DNA of 63,481 nucleotides, filler included, from Octopus bimaculoides (taxonomy: Eukaryota), in NCBI RefSeq assembly GCF_001194135.2. It is 7 parts of 5 records of this genome, joined end to end, with 100 filler letters (N's around TTAATTAATTAA, not from the genome) between each part and the next. Parts side by side here need not be neighbours in the genome. Positions count along the whole stretch, not along the records: positions 1 to 13,122 come from NC_069004.1; 6 more parts are not named here. One strand, written 5' to 3'. Each line of letters opens with the position of its first letter. The first letter of the stretch is position 1. The position numbers and the translations under genes were made by a program. Positions 1 through 12,600 of this stretch are shown here, piece by piece. The notes under the pieces were generated by a model. It had not been told where the DNA came from. It searched no databases and saw nothing but the letters and a program-made list of their open reading frames with translations.

Positions 1-251
1 ATATATATATATATATATACAGACATATATATATATATATGTATGTATGTATGTATACAATCCTCCCGCTTACCACCATTACACACTGGTATATCATTTC
101 AATCAACATTATCCTCCTTTTTCCTCTGCTCCTCCATTTTGGATCTCCTTGAAAGACCAACCGGATTAATGAGGAACATGCCTAAGGGTGTAGTGTCAGT
201 TTTGAATGGATGAATTTATGAATCAGTGATCCAACTTATATAAGGCCACTA

Positions 252-291
<40 letters not shown>

Positions 292-493
292 GTTCCGACT
301 GTTCAGACGGTCCGTCTAAAATTTTTCGAAATTTCTGACTTTTGAAATGAATCGTTTAAGCAAGAGTTAGCGTGAAACCCGCAGTCATGATTGAAGAAGC
401 TTCAGTTTCTAATAAACTATATACGCACTCTATTTTATACATCGAGTCCTTTTACCCACCTCTTTATAAAGAGAAACATTTTGCAACTCATAT

Positions 494-544
<51 letters not shown>

Positions 545-1524
545 CAAACACACACCAACACACACATATATACATAATGCATACACACAGACAGACATAT
601 GAGTGTGTGTGTGTGTGTGAGTGCATGTGTGAGTGTGTGAGTGAGTGTGTGCGTGTGTGTTTGTGTGTGTATGGGTGTGTATGCATTTATACTGATATTT
701 GATTCAAATGCGTCTTTCCAAGTAAAACCGGTAACATATCCTGTCCACCGATTCAATCGATGATAAATCTCCAATCAAAACTGTGCTTGTACTTAACAAA
801 TCAATCAATTGTGATTGATACAGTAACAAATAAGGCAAGAGTTATTCTAGATCGAAAGAATCGATATGTAATCTTAAATTGACGAACTAAAATTGAAGAA
901 AACTAAAATCGAAGAAAAAATCTAAAATCGAAGAAAAAATATCGAATAAACAGAAAATATTGGCAAAACTGAAACACAAAATGTGTTACAAAAAAAAAAA
1001 AAAGAGAATTTTAGTCCAAATTTGAAAACCAATTCTAAGTTCTGTATTTTTAATTTAAGACAGATTTTGGTCCCTAAACTGCCCTGCATCGCATTCACCC
1101 AGAACTGGGGAATTTTTAATTAAATTTCATTTTAATAACCAATTGACAATGAAACCAAAAGCCACAATCAAAATTGTATTTGAAACGTTTATAAGGGTTT
1201 ACGATGTGTCCTATTAATTGAAAGAAGTGGCATCATGATCATTTGTCTTGGTATCGTGTTTATGTTGCGAATAAGTAAATACAGTGGAACTCGCCTCTCA
1301 TTTAATCGTACACCCACGCCGAGGATTAAACTTTGGACCACAAACTAATGAAAGCATTTATCGATTTCCATTGTGATTCTGTTGTCTACAAGAGGGGAGA
1401 GTTCTTACACACCCTCCATGGTAGGATATAACTTGGGATATGTCCGCTTGCCAGAGATCAGGACGGTCGAAGCTATACTAGCCTTCGCTGGGTGTAGAAT
1501 TGAATTCCGTCTTCTAAATAAAGC

Positions 1525-1792
1525 AAAGGTGCATGACCTAGTGATTAGAATGTAGTATTCACGATCGCAAGAGCGTGGTTTCGATTCCCAGACCAGATAG
1601 TGCATTGTGCTCTTGAGCAAAACACGTAATTTCACATTGCTCCGATCCACGCAGTAAACCTACCACAAACTGGCTTGCCTTTCGGGAGGAATATTGTGGT
1701 CTCGGTCACGTGCACATCATGGAAACCAGGTAACCGGCCTTTATGAGTCCTAAGATTCACGATAAGGTCCAGAGGGGTTACTTTTACGTTTT
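1525..1792 (+). mobile_element. tRNA-derived SINE, head type B (CORE-like middle) with tail type T2
   Basis: A-box-like TGACCTAGTG and B-box-like GGTTTCGATTCC, then TGTGCTCTTGAGCAAAACAC, which resembles the MIR/CORE-type motif. The tail CATGGAAACCAGGTAACCGGCC matches the tail of the copy at 21598-21923. Confidence 0.7.
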
Positions 1793-4780
1793 GCTGTAAA
1801 CTAACAAAAGTACACAATTCTCAACTGCGCAGTGCTACAGCTTATAGAACTTCGAGCCTCTGTTTACTGATAGCTAGACTTTGAAAGCCTGCGAAAGTGG
1901 AATATCCTTATACCGGTGACAAGATTTGAACCTTAAGTATTCAGTTCCTACCATGATTCAATTGGTTAGCAATAACTCTCAAAGATTTCTGTAGGTAGTG
2001 AATATCATTCAATTAGGTTTTATAAGAAGTTATATATAATTTAGTAAGGTTCTAAACGTGACTGTATAATTCTGTCAAGTTGTGTACAGAGGTACATATT
2101 ACAATTCGCTTCTGTACGAGGCTGCTGTCTTATAAATTGGAAAATATCCAAAGTTCTCTCCTGACCTGCAAAATCGACTATGGTTTCACCCAGAAAAGGA
2201 TAAGGTCCGGATCTAAAACTGCCCAAGACACGCCATTTGTCACGACGGTCCCAGCCACCGATTCCATCCGACAAAACAATATTTCCGTCTCTTAAACTTA
2301 TATACTTACTGGAGGATTCTATCTCACTACTGCCAAATACAAAGAGAATTCGTCTTCTCCCCTACTCCGCCTATTTCAGGCAGGTGTACTGGACCATTTG
2401 GAGATTAAATGTCTTGGTACGAAATCAGTGTAACTCCTTTATGGGAATACGAACCACCGAAATTTCGATCGACGGTATTCTTTTAACTTATCAGTCAGAC
2501 GACGACCTTCAGCCTGGAATTGAGCATCGATTATTCAATCTGACCTTTGTAGTATGTATCTTCAATTCAAACTGAAACTTTGGCGGATTTGACCTGAATG
2601 TTCTGGACATAATACCTTCAGTTCGCAAGACTATCTCTCTCCATTCTGTGCTTCCTTATTGTTTTAGAAAAAAATTACAGGAATTTATAGCACGAGAATA
2701 TTTCCATCGTAGATCTACCAACATGCAAGCAATTTCTGAAACGCTGCTCCTAATTCTTCTGATTCTACTGTTATGGGATAATCCTGAACACCCCAAATTA
2801 CAATAAATAAGAACTGGGTGAACTGTCAGGAGTGTAATTGACGATGTTAGTTTGACCGTGTTGGTTTACCGTGTTAGTTCGATGTGTATTGGTTTAAAAG
2901 TCGGTAGTTGAACATTGAATACTGCGTACCGCACCTACGTTCGAGTAGTACGGAGTGCGTTCTGTGTTAACATATATTTCTGCGATAGGTTACTTTTAAA
3001 TAACCACAACCAACTATTTATTTGTGTAATGGCATTTTACACCAGACGTGTATACCCACGTCGTAACATCTTCATTTACACAAAAACGAAAGATATAAAT
3101 CATTGTCGCAGGACAAAAATTTCGTACAAAATAGTTTTCTCCATTGTTGTAAGCATTATCTGGTTTTAGAAGCTTAAACATAGCCTAGGTGGATATAACT
3201 GTCCCTTACTTTCGATTTGCATATGTGTTGTTCTGCCTGAGTTAGAAAGAAATATATTTTCAAGCTACAGCGTGATCCAAATGCAATTTGATCCTAAATG
3301 TTAACCTCGAAGGCAAGATTATCCAGGAAAAAAAAACAACTTTTTTCCTTATATTCCACTTTTTTATCATTCTATTATTCTGTTTCGTTACTTTTATTCA
3401 TTGAGTTTTGTTCCTTTATTTATTTATTTATTATTATTTTATTTTTCAAAATTTTTTTGTTCAGCTTGCGATTATGTTAACACGAGACACAAAACACAAA
3501 CAGACACAAATATATGAAAGGGAAAAAAGCCAAACAAAAACAAAGGAACATTGAACTAAAAAAACACAGAACACTTTATAGAAAGCGTTCGGTTTGTCGA
3601 CAGAACAACAGATATTGTAGTGACGAGTCCGTTTGTATCGTGCAGCATAGAAATACATTTAAACAATAGGAACGAATGATTCCACTTTCTTGTTAAAATA
3701 TTTGCTCAATCGTTCAATTTTTGACCAGCGTGTCTATCTATCTATCTATCTATCTATCAATGTCTGTCTACCTATCTATCTATCTTTCTTTCTATCTTTC
3801 TATATATATATACATATATATNNNNNNNNNNNNNNNNNNNNNNNNNNNNNNNNNNNNNNNNNNNNNNNNNNNNNNNNNNNNNNNNNNNNNNNNNNNNNNN
3901 NNNNNNNNNNNNNNNNNNNNNNNNNNNNNNNNNNNNNNNNNNNNNNNNNNNNNNNNNNNNNNNNNNNNNNNNNNNNNNNNNNNNNNNNNNNNNNNNNNNN
4001 NNNNNNNNNNNNNNNNNNNNNNNNNNNNNNNNNNNNNNNNNNNNNNNNNNNNNNNNNNNNNNNNNNNNNNNNNNNNNNNNNNNNNNNNNNNNNNNNNNNN
4101 NNNNNNNNNNNNNNNNNNNNNNNNNNNNNNNNNNNNNNNNNNNNNNNNNNNNNNNNNNNNNNNNNNNNNNNNNNNNNNNNNNNNNNNNNNNNNNNNNNNN
4201 NNNNNNNNNNNNNNNNNNNNNNNNNNNNNNNNNNNNNNNNNNNNNNNNNNNNNNNNNNNNNNNNNNNNNNNNNNNNNNNNNNNNNNNNNNNNNNNNNNNN
4301 NNNNNNNNNNNNNNNNNNNNNNNNNNNNNNNNNNNNNNNNNNNNNNNNNNNNNNNNNNNNNNNNNNNNNNNNNNNNNNNNNNNNNNNNNNNNNNNNNNNN
4401 NNNNNNNNNNNNNNNNNNNNNNNNNNNNNNNNNNNNNNNNNNNNNNNNNNNNNNNNNNNNNNNNNNNNNNNNNNNNNNNNNNNNNNNNNNNNNNNNNNNN
4501 NNNNNNNNNNNNNNNNNNNNNNNNNNNNNNNNNNNNNNNNNNNNNNNNNNNNNNNNNNNNNNNNNNNNNNNNNNNNNNNNNNNATGAGAACTAATTTATA
4601 GTGCTTTTGTCCTGTCCGGGACTCTTTATTATTAATTTTCTTTTTATTATTCATCAGGAATCCGTCAAAGGGACGAGATCGACTAATGAATAGATATTAC
4701 CCAAATCCTGATTACCCACTTTTCTTAATGCACACCACTTAAACAATCTATACTCATACATATATACATATATATATATA

Positions 4781-4822
<42 letters not shown>

Positions 4823-4985
4823 ATGTTTATGCAAGTGTGTGTGTGTGTGTGAAGGGGAGGTGGAAATATACTCCGTGCCGTGCGATGTTCCCATGGCAAA
4901 AGATAGTTTTAATGACAATTTTTTAAACACATTTACCGCCCATTTTTCTCGATCGACATCGATATGTCTTGTTATACTATGAAAC

Positions 4986-4999
4986 ACGCCAGAGGGCGC
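4986..4999 (+). promoter_or_regulatory. CTCF-like motif ACGCCAGAGGGCGC
   Basis: Close match to the CTCF core CCRCYAGRKGGCRS (first base differs) in a non-repetitive, CpG-retaining stretch. Motif match only. Confidence 0.4.
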
Positions 5000-5520
5000 G
5001 GAAGAGAGACAGGCACATTATACACTATATACAGTATATATGATGCTGAAATTGCTAAACTGAACGTATTATATCATCAAAATTGAGTACACACACACAC
5101 ACACATATATATATACATATATGTACATACATATACACATATCTATACCCATATATATATATATATATATATACACAAATATATATATTATTTTACTATA
5201 TAGATATAGATATATCTTATATCTATATCTGTATCTATCTATCTATCTAGGGAGAATTCACAAAAGAAAAAACAAAAGACGAAAACAGGTGGTGTAGAAA
5301 ACAAACAGGTATCTATCTATCTATCTATGTAAGTATGCATGTACATATACATATANNNNNNNNNNNNNNNNNNNNNNNNNNNNNNNNNNNNNNNNNNNNN
5401 NNNNNNNNNNNNNNNNNNNNNNNNNNNNNNNNNNNNNNNNNNNNNNNNNNNNNNNNNNNNNNNNNNNNNNNNNNNNNNNNNNNNNNNNNNNNNNNNNNNA
5501 AGGATGTCCAGGTATCAGTG

Positions 5521-5610
5521 CATTACGGCCGTTTCAAGTGGCTCCATTTGATCGATCAATGGAAACATTACATCAATTTGAAATAAACCACTCCTCTCGG
5601 ACGCAGACGA
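5521..5610. repeat. dispersed repeat, homologous to ~58791-58880
   Basis: Shared TACGGCCGTTTCAAG...AAACATTACAT.AATTTGAAA at both loci. Confidence 0.65.
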
Positions 5611-6604
5611 CCATATAAATTTCCAATATAAAGGATGCACCCTTGTAATTTTTAAGCAGATATTTCATCAGTATTAGAGACTAAAATAATTTAAGTTTTA
5701 ATATTTTAATATATAAATTTTACTAATTTTGGATGCACGTCTTTTCTCGTACTTTTAGATCTCATTGTGGGTTCCTTTTTCTTTTCCATTTCAGGCCCCT
5801 TATATTTGATAAGCATAATATGTTAAATCACCTCTGTCCTTCCCTTTCACGTTATCACCTCTTTTCTGTATATCATTATCTTACTAGCAACTTCTGAAAC
5901 ATTCACTTATGTAGATATGGCTGATTTCATGGTCCCAGCAAAATAGGTGTAGGTTGGTCCCAGTAAAATAGGTGTATCTGAAATTAATTAATTTATCACC
6001 ACCAACAAGAACTTAACTATCAATTCCCAATGGGTTTAACTCTGAGGAGTCGAAGACTACATGCTGCATTGAGTCTTTTGAATGTGATTAGGATAAAGAT
6101 GAATGTAGCTACATCACCATTCCACTTTCTTGACCACTCCTTATTTTCTTCACCCACTCTAAATTATAGTGGACTTTAAGTAATTTTCCACTAAATTCAT
6201 TCTGCCACAAAAATAGCAAAGAGAAGCAAGGTAATTATTTTAGTCTCTACTACTGATGAAAAATTTGCTAAATAATTATAATACTATATCCTGTATACTG
6301 GAAATCTATATGGTCGACTGTTTCCGAGGAGAGCGGTTTATTTCAAATTCGATTAAACGGAGCCGCTTCAAAAGGCCACAGTGCGCTGATATGTGAACAT
6401 CCTTGTCACTTATTTGATTTTTATTCACCTAACTTCGAGTTGTGCGGACCATACCGGACTGATTATAATATAATATAATATATTATATAATATTTTATTA
6501 TATTATGTTATATCATATCATATTTTATTATTTTATATAATGATATATGTAATTATGAAGATATACAAACAAAAGTGGTTACGAAGTTCTCAACATCACA
6601 AGCA

Positions 6605-6639
<35 letters not shown>

Positions 6640-7776
6640 NNNNNNNNNNNNNNNNNNNNNNNNNNNNNNNNNNNNNNNNNNNNNNNNNNNNNNNNNNNNN
6701 NNNNNNNNNNNNNNNNNNNNNNNNNNNNNNNNNNNNNNNNNNNNNNNNNNNNNNNNNNNNNNNNNNNNNNNNNNNNNNNNNNNNNNNNNNNNNNNNNNNN
6801 NNNNNNNNNNNNNNNNNNNNNNNNNNNNNNNNNNNNNNNNNNNNNNNNNNNNNNNNNNNNNNNNNNNNNNNNNNNNNNNNNNNNNNNNNNNNNNNNNNNN
6901 NNNNNNNNNNNNNNNNNNNNNNNNNNNNNNNNNNNNNNNNNNNNNNNNNNNNNNNNNNNNNNNNNNNNNNNNNNNNNNNNNNNNNNNNNNNNNNNNNNNN
7001 NNNNNNNNNNNNNNNNNNNNNNNNNNNNNNNNNNNNNNNNNNNNNNNNNNNNNNNNNNNNNNNNNNNNNNNNNNNNNNNNNNNNNNNNNNNNNNNNNNNN
7101 NNNNNNNNTATATATATATATATATATATATATAAGATTGATGAGTGATGCAACCTTACGTATCCTTATTACAATTTGTGTACTGCTTACTCGTGCCTGA
7201 CAATATTCTAGTGATTAGGCAATGTCCATGCTAAGTGTCTTCTGCAGAATCTGCCATTAGTTCTTGGTTCCTGTTTGTTAATAATTAGACACCCTTCATT
7301 ATGAAGATGATGATAATGATGATAATGATGATGGTGATGATGATGATGATGAATACTAATAGTACTGATAATTATAATATTACTATTAATAATAATAATA
7401 GTTGATATTTCTCATACGTTCTTTGTCTTGATTCCTTTTTGTAACCTGATTTGATCTCCGTGTCTTCATCCCGAATCTTTACTCTATTTCTCACTAGAGT
7501 CAAATACCCTAAACCGCTAAGCTACGATGTTGTTTTATTTATTTATTTTTTATCTCCAAATCTTGACATTTCTTTGTTGTCTTTCAAACAACGATGACAC
7601 ACTGAACTGTTATGATGATGCAGGACCATTTTAAAATTTCATTTCTCTTCATCTAGCTATATGATAACTAATTAAATTAGCACTAGCGTATCTAACGGAG
7701 AGAGTATAAAAGATTTTTAAAAAATAATAGTAATTATTATGCGAAGAATGTTGAAATAAATTATGATATGTGATTG

Positions 7777-8148
7777 TGTTGTTGGCACTCCGTCGCTTAC
7801 GACGTTGAGGGTTCCAGTTGATCCGATCAACGGAACAGCCTGATCGCGAAGTTAACGTGCAAGTGGCTGAGCACTCCACAGACACGTGTACCCTTAACGT
7901 AGTTCTCAGGGATGTTCAGCGTGACACAGTGTGACACGGCTGACCCTTTGAATTACAGGCACAACAGAAACAGGGAGTAAGAGTGAGAGAAAGTTGTGGT
8001 GAAAGAGTACAGCAGGGTTCGCCACCATCCCCTGCCGGAGCCTCGTGGAGCTTTTAGGTGTTTCCGCTCAATAAACACTCACAACGTCCGGTCTGAGAAT
8101 CGAAACCGCGAGTCCGCTGCCCTAACCACTGGGCCATTGCGCCTCCAC
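7777..8148 (-). mobile_element. tRNA-derived SINE, head type A with tail T1 (small internal deletion)
   Basis: The reverse complement starts GTGGAGGCGCAATGGCCCAGTGGTTAGGGCAGCGG (A box) and has a B box. It is nearly collinear with the copy at 10305-10686. Confidence 0.9.
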
Positions 8149-8410
8149 ACTAACGTATCAAACGTAGGGAGTATAAAAGATTTTTTTTAAATAAAATTAA
8201 TTATTATGCGAAGAATATTGAAATAAATTATGATATTATTAGTCAATGACTAATACTAATCGAATATGACACCAAGGGAACTAACTCGCGTAGAGAAGTG
8301 AAGAAGCTGTCGAATTACGCGCTAAGGATGGCGGTACCGGAGACATATATAATGATAAAGCAAATACAGAGAGATATATTAATATAAAGAGAGGGTGCAA
8401 GTAAAAAAAG

Positions 8411-8448
<38 letters not shown>

Positions 8449-9196
8449 AGAGAGAGAGAGAGAGAGGAGGTAGAGAGATTATAAAATATCACGCCGACTG
8501 AATAACCGGGGATGTCTGTGATCATAGTAGCACTTGTGGAGCCGGTAGCCTTGGTAAATGGTGAAGGGTGGTGGAAATGGTGGAGGTGAGGGTGAGGGTG
8601 GTGATGATGATGATGATGATGATGATGATGACGGCAATGATGTGCGAGTGGTTGTATTAGGAGAGGGCGGTGAAGNNNNNNNNNNNNNNNNNNNNNNNNN
8701 NNNNNNNNNNNNNNNNNNNNNNNNNNNNNNNNNNNNNNNNNNNNNNNNNNNNNNNNNNNNNNNNNNNNNNNNNNNNNNNNNNNNNNNNNNNNNNNNNNNN
8801 NNNNNNNNNNNNNNNNNNNNNNNNNNNNNNNNNNNNNNNNNNNNNNNNNNNNNNNNNNNNNNNNNNNNNNNNNNNNNNNNNNNNNNNNNNNNNNNNNNNN
8901 NNNNNNNNNNNNNNNNNNNNNNNNNNNNNNNNNNNNNNNNNNNNNNNNNNNNNNNNNNNNNNNNNNNNNNNNNNNNNNNNNNNNNNNNNNNNNNNNNNNN
9001 NNNNNNNNNNNNNNNNNNNNNNNNNNNNNNNNNNNNNNNNNNNNNNNNNNNNNNNNNNNNNNNNNNNNNNNNNNNNNNNNNNNNNNNNNNNNNNNNNNNN
9101 NNNNNNNNNNNNNNNNNNNNNNNNNNNNNNNNNNNNNNNNNNNNNNNNNNNNNNNNNNNNNNNNNNNNNNNNNNNNNNNNNNNNNNNNNNNNNNNN

Positions 9197-9261
<65 letters not shown>

Positions 9262-9700
9262 GGTTACTTTGAGATATCGGTGTACTGGCGTCATTGTGTC
9301 TCTTCAGTTAACGCTGCCTCCGGATTTCTGAATTTAAACAAGAATGTTTGTTCCTGGTTATAGAATTCACTAAACAAATTATTTACTGATGTCTGCTGAT
9401 GTCTTCGGCATTGATAAGTTTAAAGAACAGTTAAAACAGCAAGAATCAATACAATGATTCTAAACATGTCCCAGCAGACTTGAACGCGAATATGCGAATC
9501 GTTGTTGTAGTTTGCCTTCGGAGGCGAAATACATCATTCTTGTGCACTGAATTTTGACTTTGCGAAAGAAGTTTTCATTTTCCGAAATATTGTCTGAATA
9601 AAAGCGACAAATTTATTCCAAATTGATTTGTGTAAAGACTGAAACTAATGAGATTATAACAAGCATTTTCATTACCATTGTTATTTGAAATTAAAATAGT

Positions 9701-9876
9701 CTTTTCTACTCTAGGCACAAGACCCGAAATTTTTGGGGAGGGCGCCAGTCGGTTAGATCGACCCCAGTACGCAACTGGTATTTAATTTATCGACTCCGAA
9801 ATGATGAAAGACAAAGTTGACCTCGGCGGAATTTGAACTCAGAACGTAAAGACAGACGAACTGCTAGCTCGCTACC
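9701..9876 (-). mobile_element. SINE type C (head partly deleted) with 17-bp TSD
   Basis: Homologous to 12030-12468 and 36228-36425. Flanked by TTTGAAATTAAAATAGT at 9684-9700 and 9877-9893. Confidence 0.85.
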
Positions 9877-10304
9877 TTTGAAATTAAAATAGTAATTACA
9901 TTCAATTAATAAAGCTGATACTAAACTGTAAACACAGTGCTAACTATATAAACTTTGTTATCATTGAGAGAAGATTCTATCTTGGTATAACAAAAACTAT
10001 TTACCTACCTCTAGTTCGCTATTCTATTGATCAAAGAGTTGTTGAGAATAACAATGAAGTAGTCGAAGAGTTAAAACACACTTGACGCATTTATACACCA
10101 ATCAATAACCACCCACAACTTCCTTAAGTAGTGGGTGGTTCTAATGCTTAATTAGAAAGTAGTTCAATTAAGAACTGTAAACCAAATAACGATCTATAAT
10201 TTTACAAAAATGAACTCACTAACCCTAAGAATTGTAGCGGAGGAAAATTAGATTTGTTCATGCTTATGCCTTTCCCAACGAGACTGGTGAATTACATGAG
10301 CTGT

Positions 10305-10686
10305 TGTTGGCACTCCGTCGCTTACGACGTCGAATGTTCCAGTTGATCCGATCAACGGAACAGCCTGCTCGTGAAATTAACGTGCAAGTGGCTGAGCACT
10401 CCACAGACACGTGTACCCTTAACGTACTTCTCGGGGATATTCAGCGTGACACAGTGTGACAAGGCTAACCCTTTGAATTACAGGCACAACAGAAACAGGA
10501 AGTAAGAGTGAGAGAAAGTTGTGGTGAAAGAGTACAGCAGGGTTCGCCACCATCCCCTGCCGGAGGCTCGTGGAGCTTTAGGTATTTTTGCTCAATAAAC
10601 ACTCACAACGCCCGGTCTGGGAATCGATATCGCGATCCTATGACCGCGAGTCCGCTGCCCTAACCACTGGGCCATTGCGTCTCCAC
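10305..10686 (-). mobile_element. full-length tRNA-derived SINE, head A with tail T1
   Basis: A/B-box head and (CAA)n-type 3' end. TSD ATGAGCTGT at 10296-10304 and 10690-10698. Confidence 0.92.
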
Positions 10687-11072
10687 TAAATGAGCTGTAG
10701 CCAATAAAATACATACAAATCTTTAAAAGAATAAGAACCAAGGTTGATTTATTCGATTAAACTGTTCAATAATGTGCTCCAGAATGGCTGCAGTCTAATG
10801 ACTGAAAAAAAAAATTAATGACCTTTTAAAGTTTACAATATGAAGTATTTTAGGTTGGAGACGTAAAATATTTCCGTTGGCACTTAATGCTATTTCCGGC
10901 AAAAGCTAAATGGTTCCATTGCTGCTGCCACTTCTATGCAACTTGTAGACTTCCGGTTCTTTGTTAGCGTTTAACTGTCAACTCAAAGAGTTTGTAGCAA
11001 TTGTTGTCACTAAGGCTCCGACTACGTCATTAATCCGCAATTAAGCCCAAGTAGATTTGTCTTATTTTTTTT

Positions 11073-11240
11073 TCTTTTACTTGTTTCAGTCATTACACTG
11101 CGGCCATGCTGGGGTGCTGCCGCAAAGGATTCTTAGTCGAATGAGCTTGGTTCTTATTGTATTGGTCTCTTTTGCCGAACCGCTTCGGGGACGCAAACAA
11201 ACAAATACCGGTTGTCAAGCGGAGGACAAAGACAGACAAA
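11073..11240 (-). mobile_element. 3' half of composite SINE type D
   Basis: TTTCAGTCATT..ACTGCGGCCATGCTGG...GCCGAACCGCT...GGTTGTCAAGCG is shared with six other copies and abuts a microsatellite. Confidence 0.8.
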
Positions 11241-11674
11241 AAAACATACACGCGCGCACACACGCATAAAGGCACACACATTAATACATATACATACATA
11301 TATATACAAGCACATACACACACATGTATATATATATATATTATATATATTATATATATATTATATACATTATATATATATATATATAATATAATATATA
11401 TATATATATAATATAATATATATATATATATATATATAATACAATATATATGTCTAAATTCAAAAATGAACCATTATCAACCACATATGTTTAACACATA
11501 AACTCCGTGCATTTGTCGGTAGGTTGCGATCTGACGTGGTGGAGATTAATCTCTCAAAGCACCGGGTGTTAAAAGACTTGAGAGTCAGGGACAGGCGAGA
11601 TAACTCACCCCAAATCCCATTCAGATTTAATGGACATCGATGTTTAGCCATCTTTGTGGCTTTAATCTCTCCTA

Positions 11675-11907
11675 CGTGAAATCAACTCATTTTTGCCGAC
11701 GAGGTACAAGTTTGTGTATTCCGGTAACATAAGAATCTGGTCTTCTGGAGCTGATGAACGCTTTGAACGCACTTTCAGCATTGGTTTGATTTTTGAACCT
11801 CCCTCGCGCAGGAAACCATCAACGTGCTTCAAAATGTGGTAGTCGGTAGGAGAAAGGTCTAGGTAATAAGCTGAGTGGGTAAAAACTTCGTAGCCAAGTT
11901 CCCTCAA
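11675..11907 (-). mobile_element. mariner transposase C-terminal remnant (Hsmar1/cecropia-like), frameshifted
   Basis: ELGYEVFTHSAYYLDLSPTDYHILKHVDGFLRE resembles the YSPDLSPTDY catalytic motif. After a frameshift it reads FKNQTNAESAFKAFISSRRPDSYVTGIHKLVPRRQK, which parallels the Hsmar1-type C terminus. Confidence 0.9.
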
Positions 11908-12029
11908 CTACCAATTGAATACTGGCGTCGAAGTAATCGACTAGTCCCCTCCCCGCAAATTCCAGGCCCTGTAGAAAGGATTAGCATTATAGTTCATAGT
12001 TTAGTCAATTTTGTCCACAGCAGTAATGC

Positions 12030-12468
12030 CGCGAGCTGGCAGAAGCGTTAGCACGCCGGGCAAAATGCTTAGCGGTATTTCGTCCGTCTTTACGTTCTGA
12101 GTTCATATTCCGCCGAGGTCGACTTTGCCTTTCATCCTTTCGGGGTCGATAAATTAAGTACCATTTACGCTATGCGGTCGATCTAATCGACTGCACCTCC
12201 CCCCCCCCCCNNNNNNNNNNNNNNNNNNNNNNNNNNNNNNNNNNNNNNNNNNNNNNNNNNNNNNNNNNNNNNNNNNNNNNNNNNNNNNNNNNNNNNNNNN
12301 NNNNNNNNNNNNNNNNNNNNNNNNNNNNNNNNNNNNNNNNNNNNNNNNNNNNNNNNNNNNNNNNNNNNNNNNNNNNNNNNNNNNNNNNNNNNNNNNNNNN
12401 NNNNNNNNNNNNNNNNNNNNNNNNNNNNGCCAAATTTCGGGTCTTGTGCCGAGAGTAGAAAAGAATTT
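12030..12468 (+). mobile_element. SINE type C, full length but spanning an N gap
   Basis: Head GCGAGCTGGCAGAAGCGTTAGC with B-box-like GAGTTCATATTCC, and tail GTAGAAAAGAAT. Degenerate ~21-bp TSD AATTTTGTCC..AG.AATG near 12008 and 12464. Confidence 0.85.
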
Positions 12469-12483
12469 TGTCCGCACCAGCAA

Positions 12484-12600
12484 TGAGTTATGTACCTTTA
12501 AAAAATTTCCTTTAGTGAGTTATATCCCTTTAAAAATTTTCCTTTGGTGAGTTATGTCCCTTTAAAAAATTTCCTTTAGTGAGTTATGTCCCTTAAAAAA
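12484..12600. repeat. 32-bp minisatellite, ~3.6 copies
   Basis: Unit TGAGTTATGTCCCTTTAAAAAATTTCCTTTAG starts at 12484, 12516, 12548 and 12580, with no spacers. Confidence 0.95.

Noticed and set aside
887-940. Three copies of CTAAAAT(T/C)GAAGAAAA
   Set aside because: Short A-rich slippage duplication with nothing else associated.
5931-5976. 25-bp tandem duplication (similar 33-bp one at 34278-34344)
   Set aside because: Two-copy local duplications, which are ordinary.
9275-9334. Minus-strand 60-nt exon-like segment (TTCAG|...AAA|GTAACC)
   Set aside because: Stops occur in all three frames. It would work only as a start exon (MTPVHRYLK), and nothing supports that.
12484-12600. CRISPR-like 32-bp repeats
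   Set aside because: The units are contiguous with no spacers, there are no cas genes, and the context is eukaryotic.
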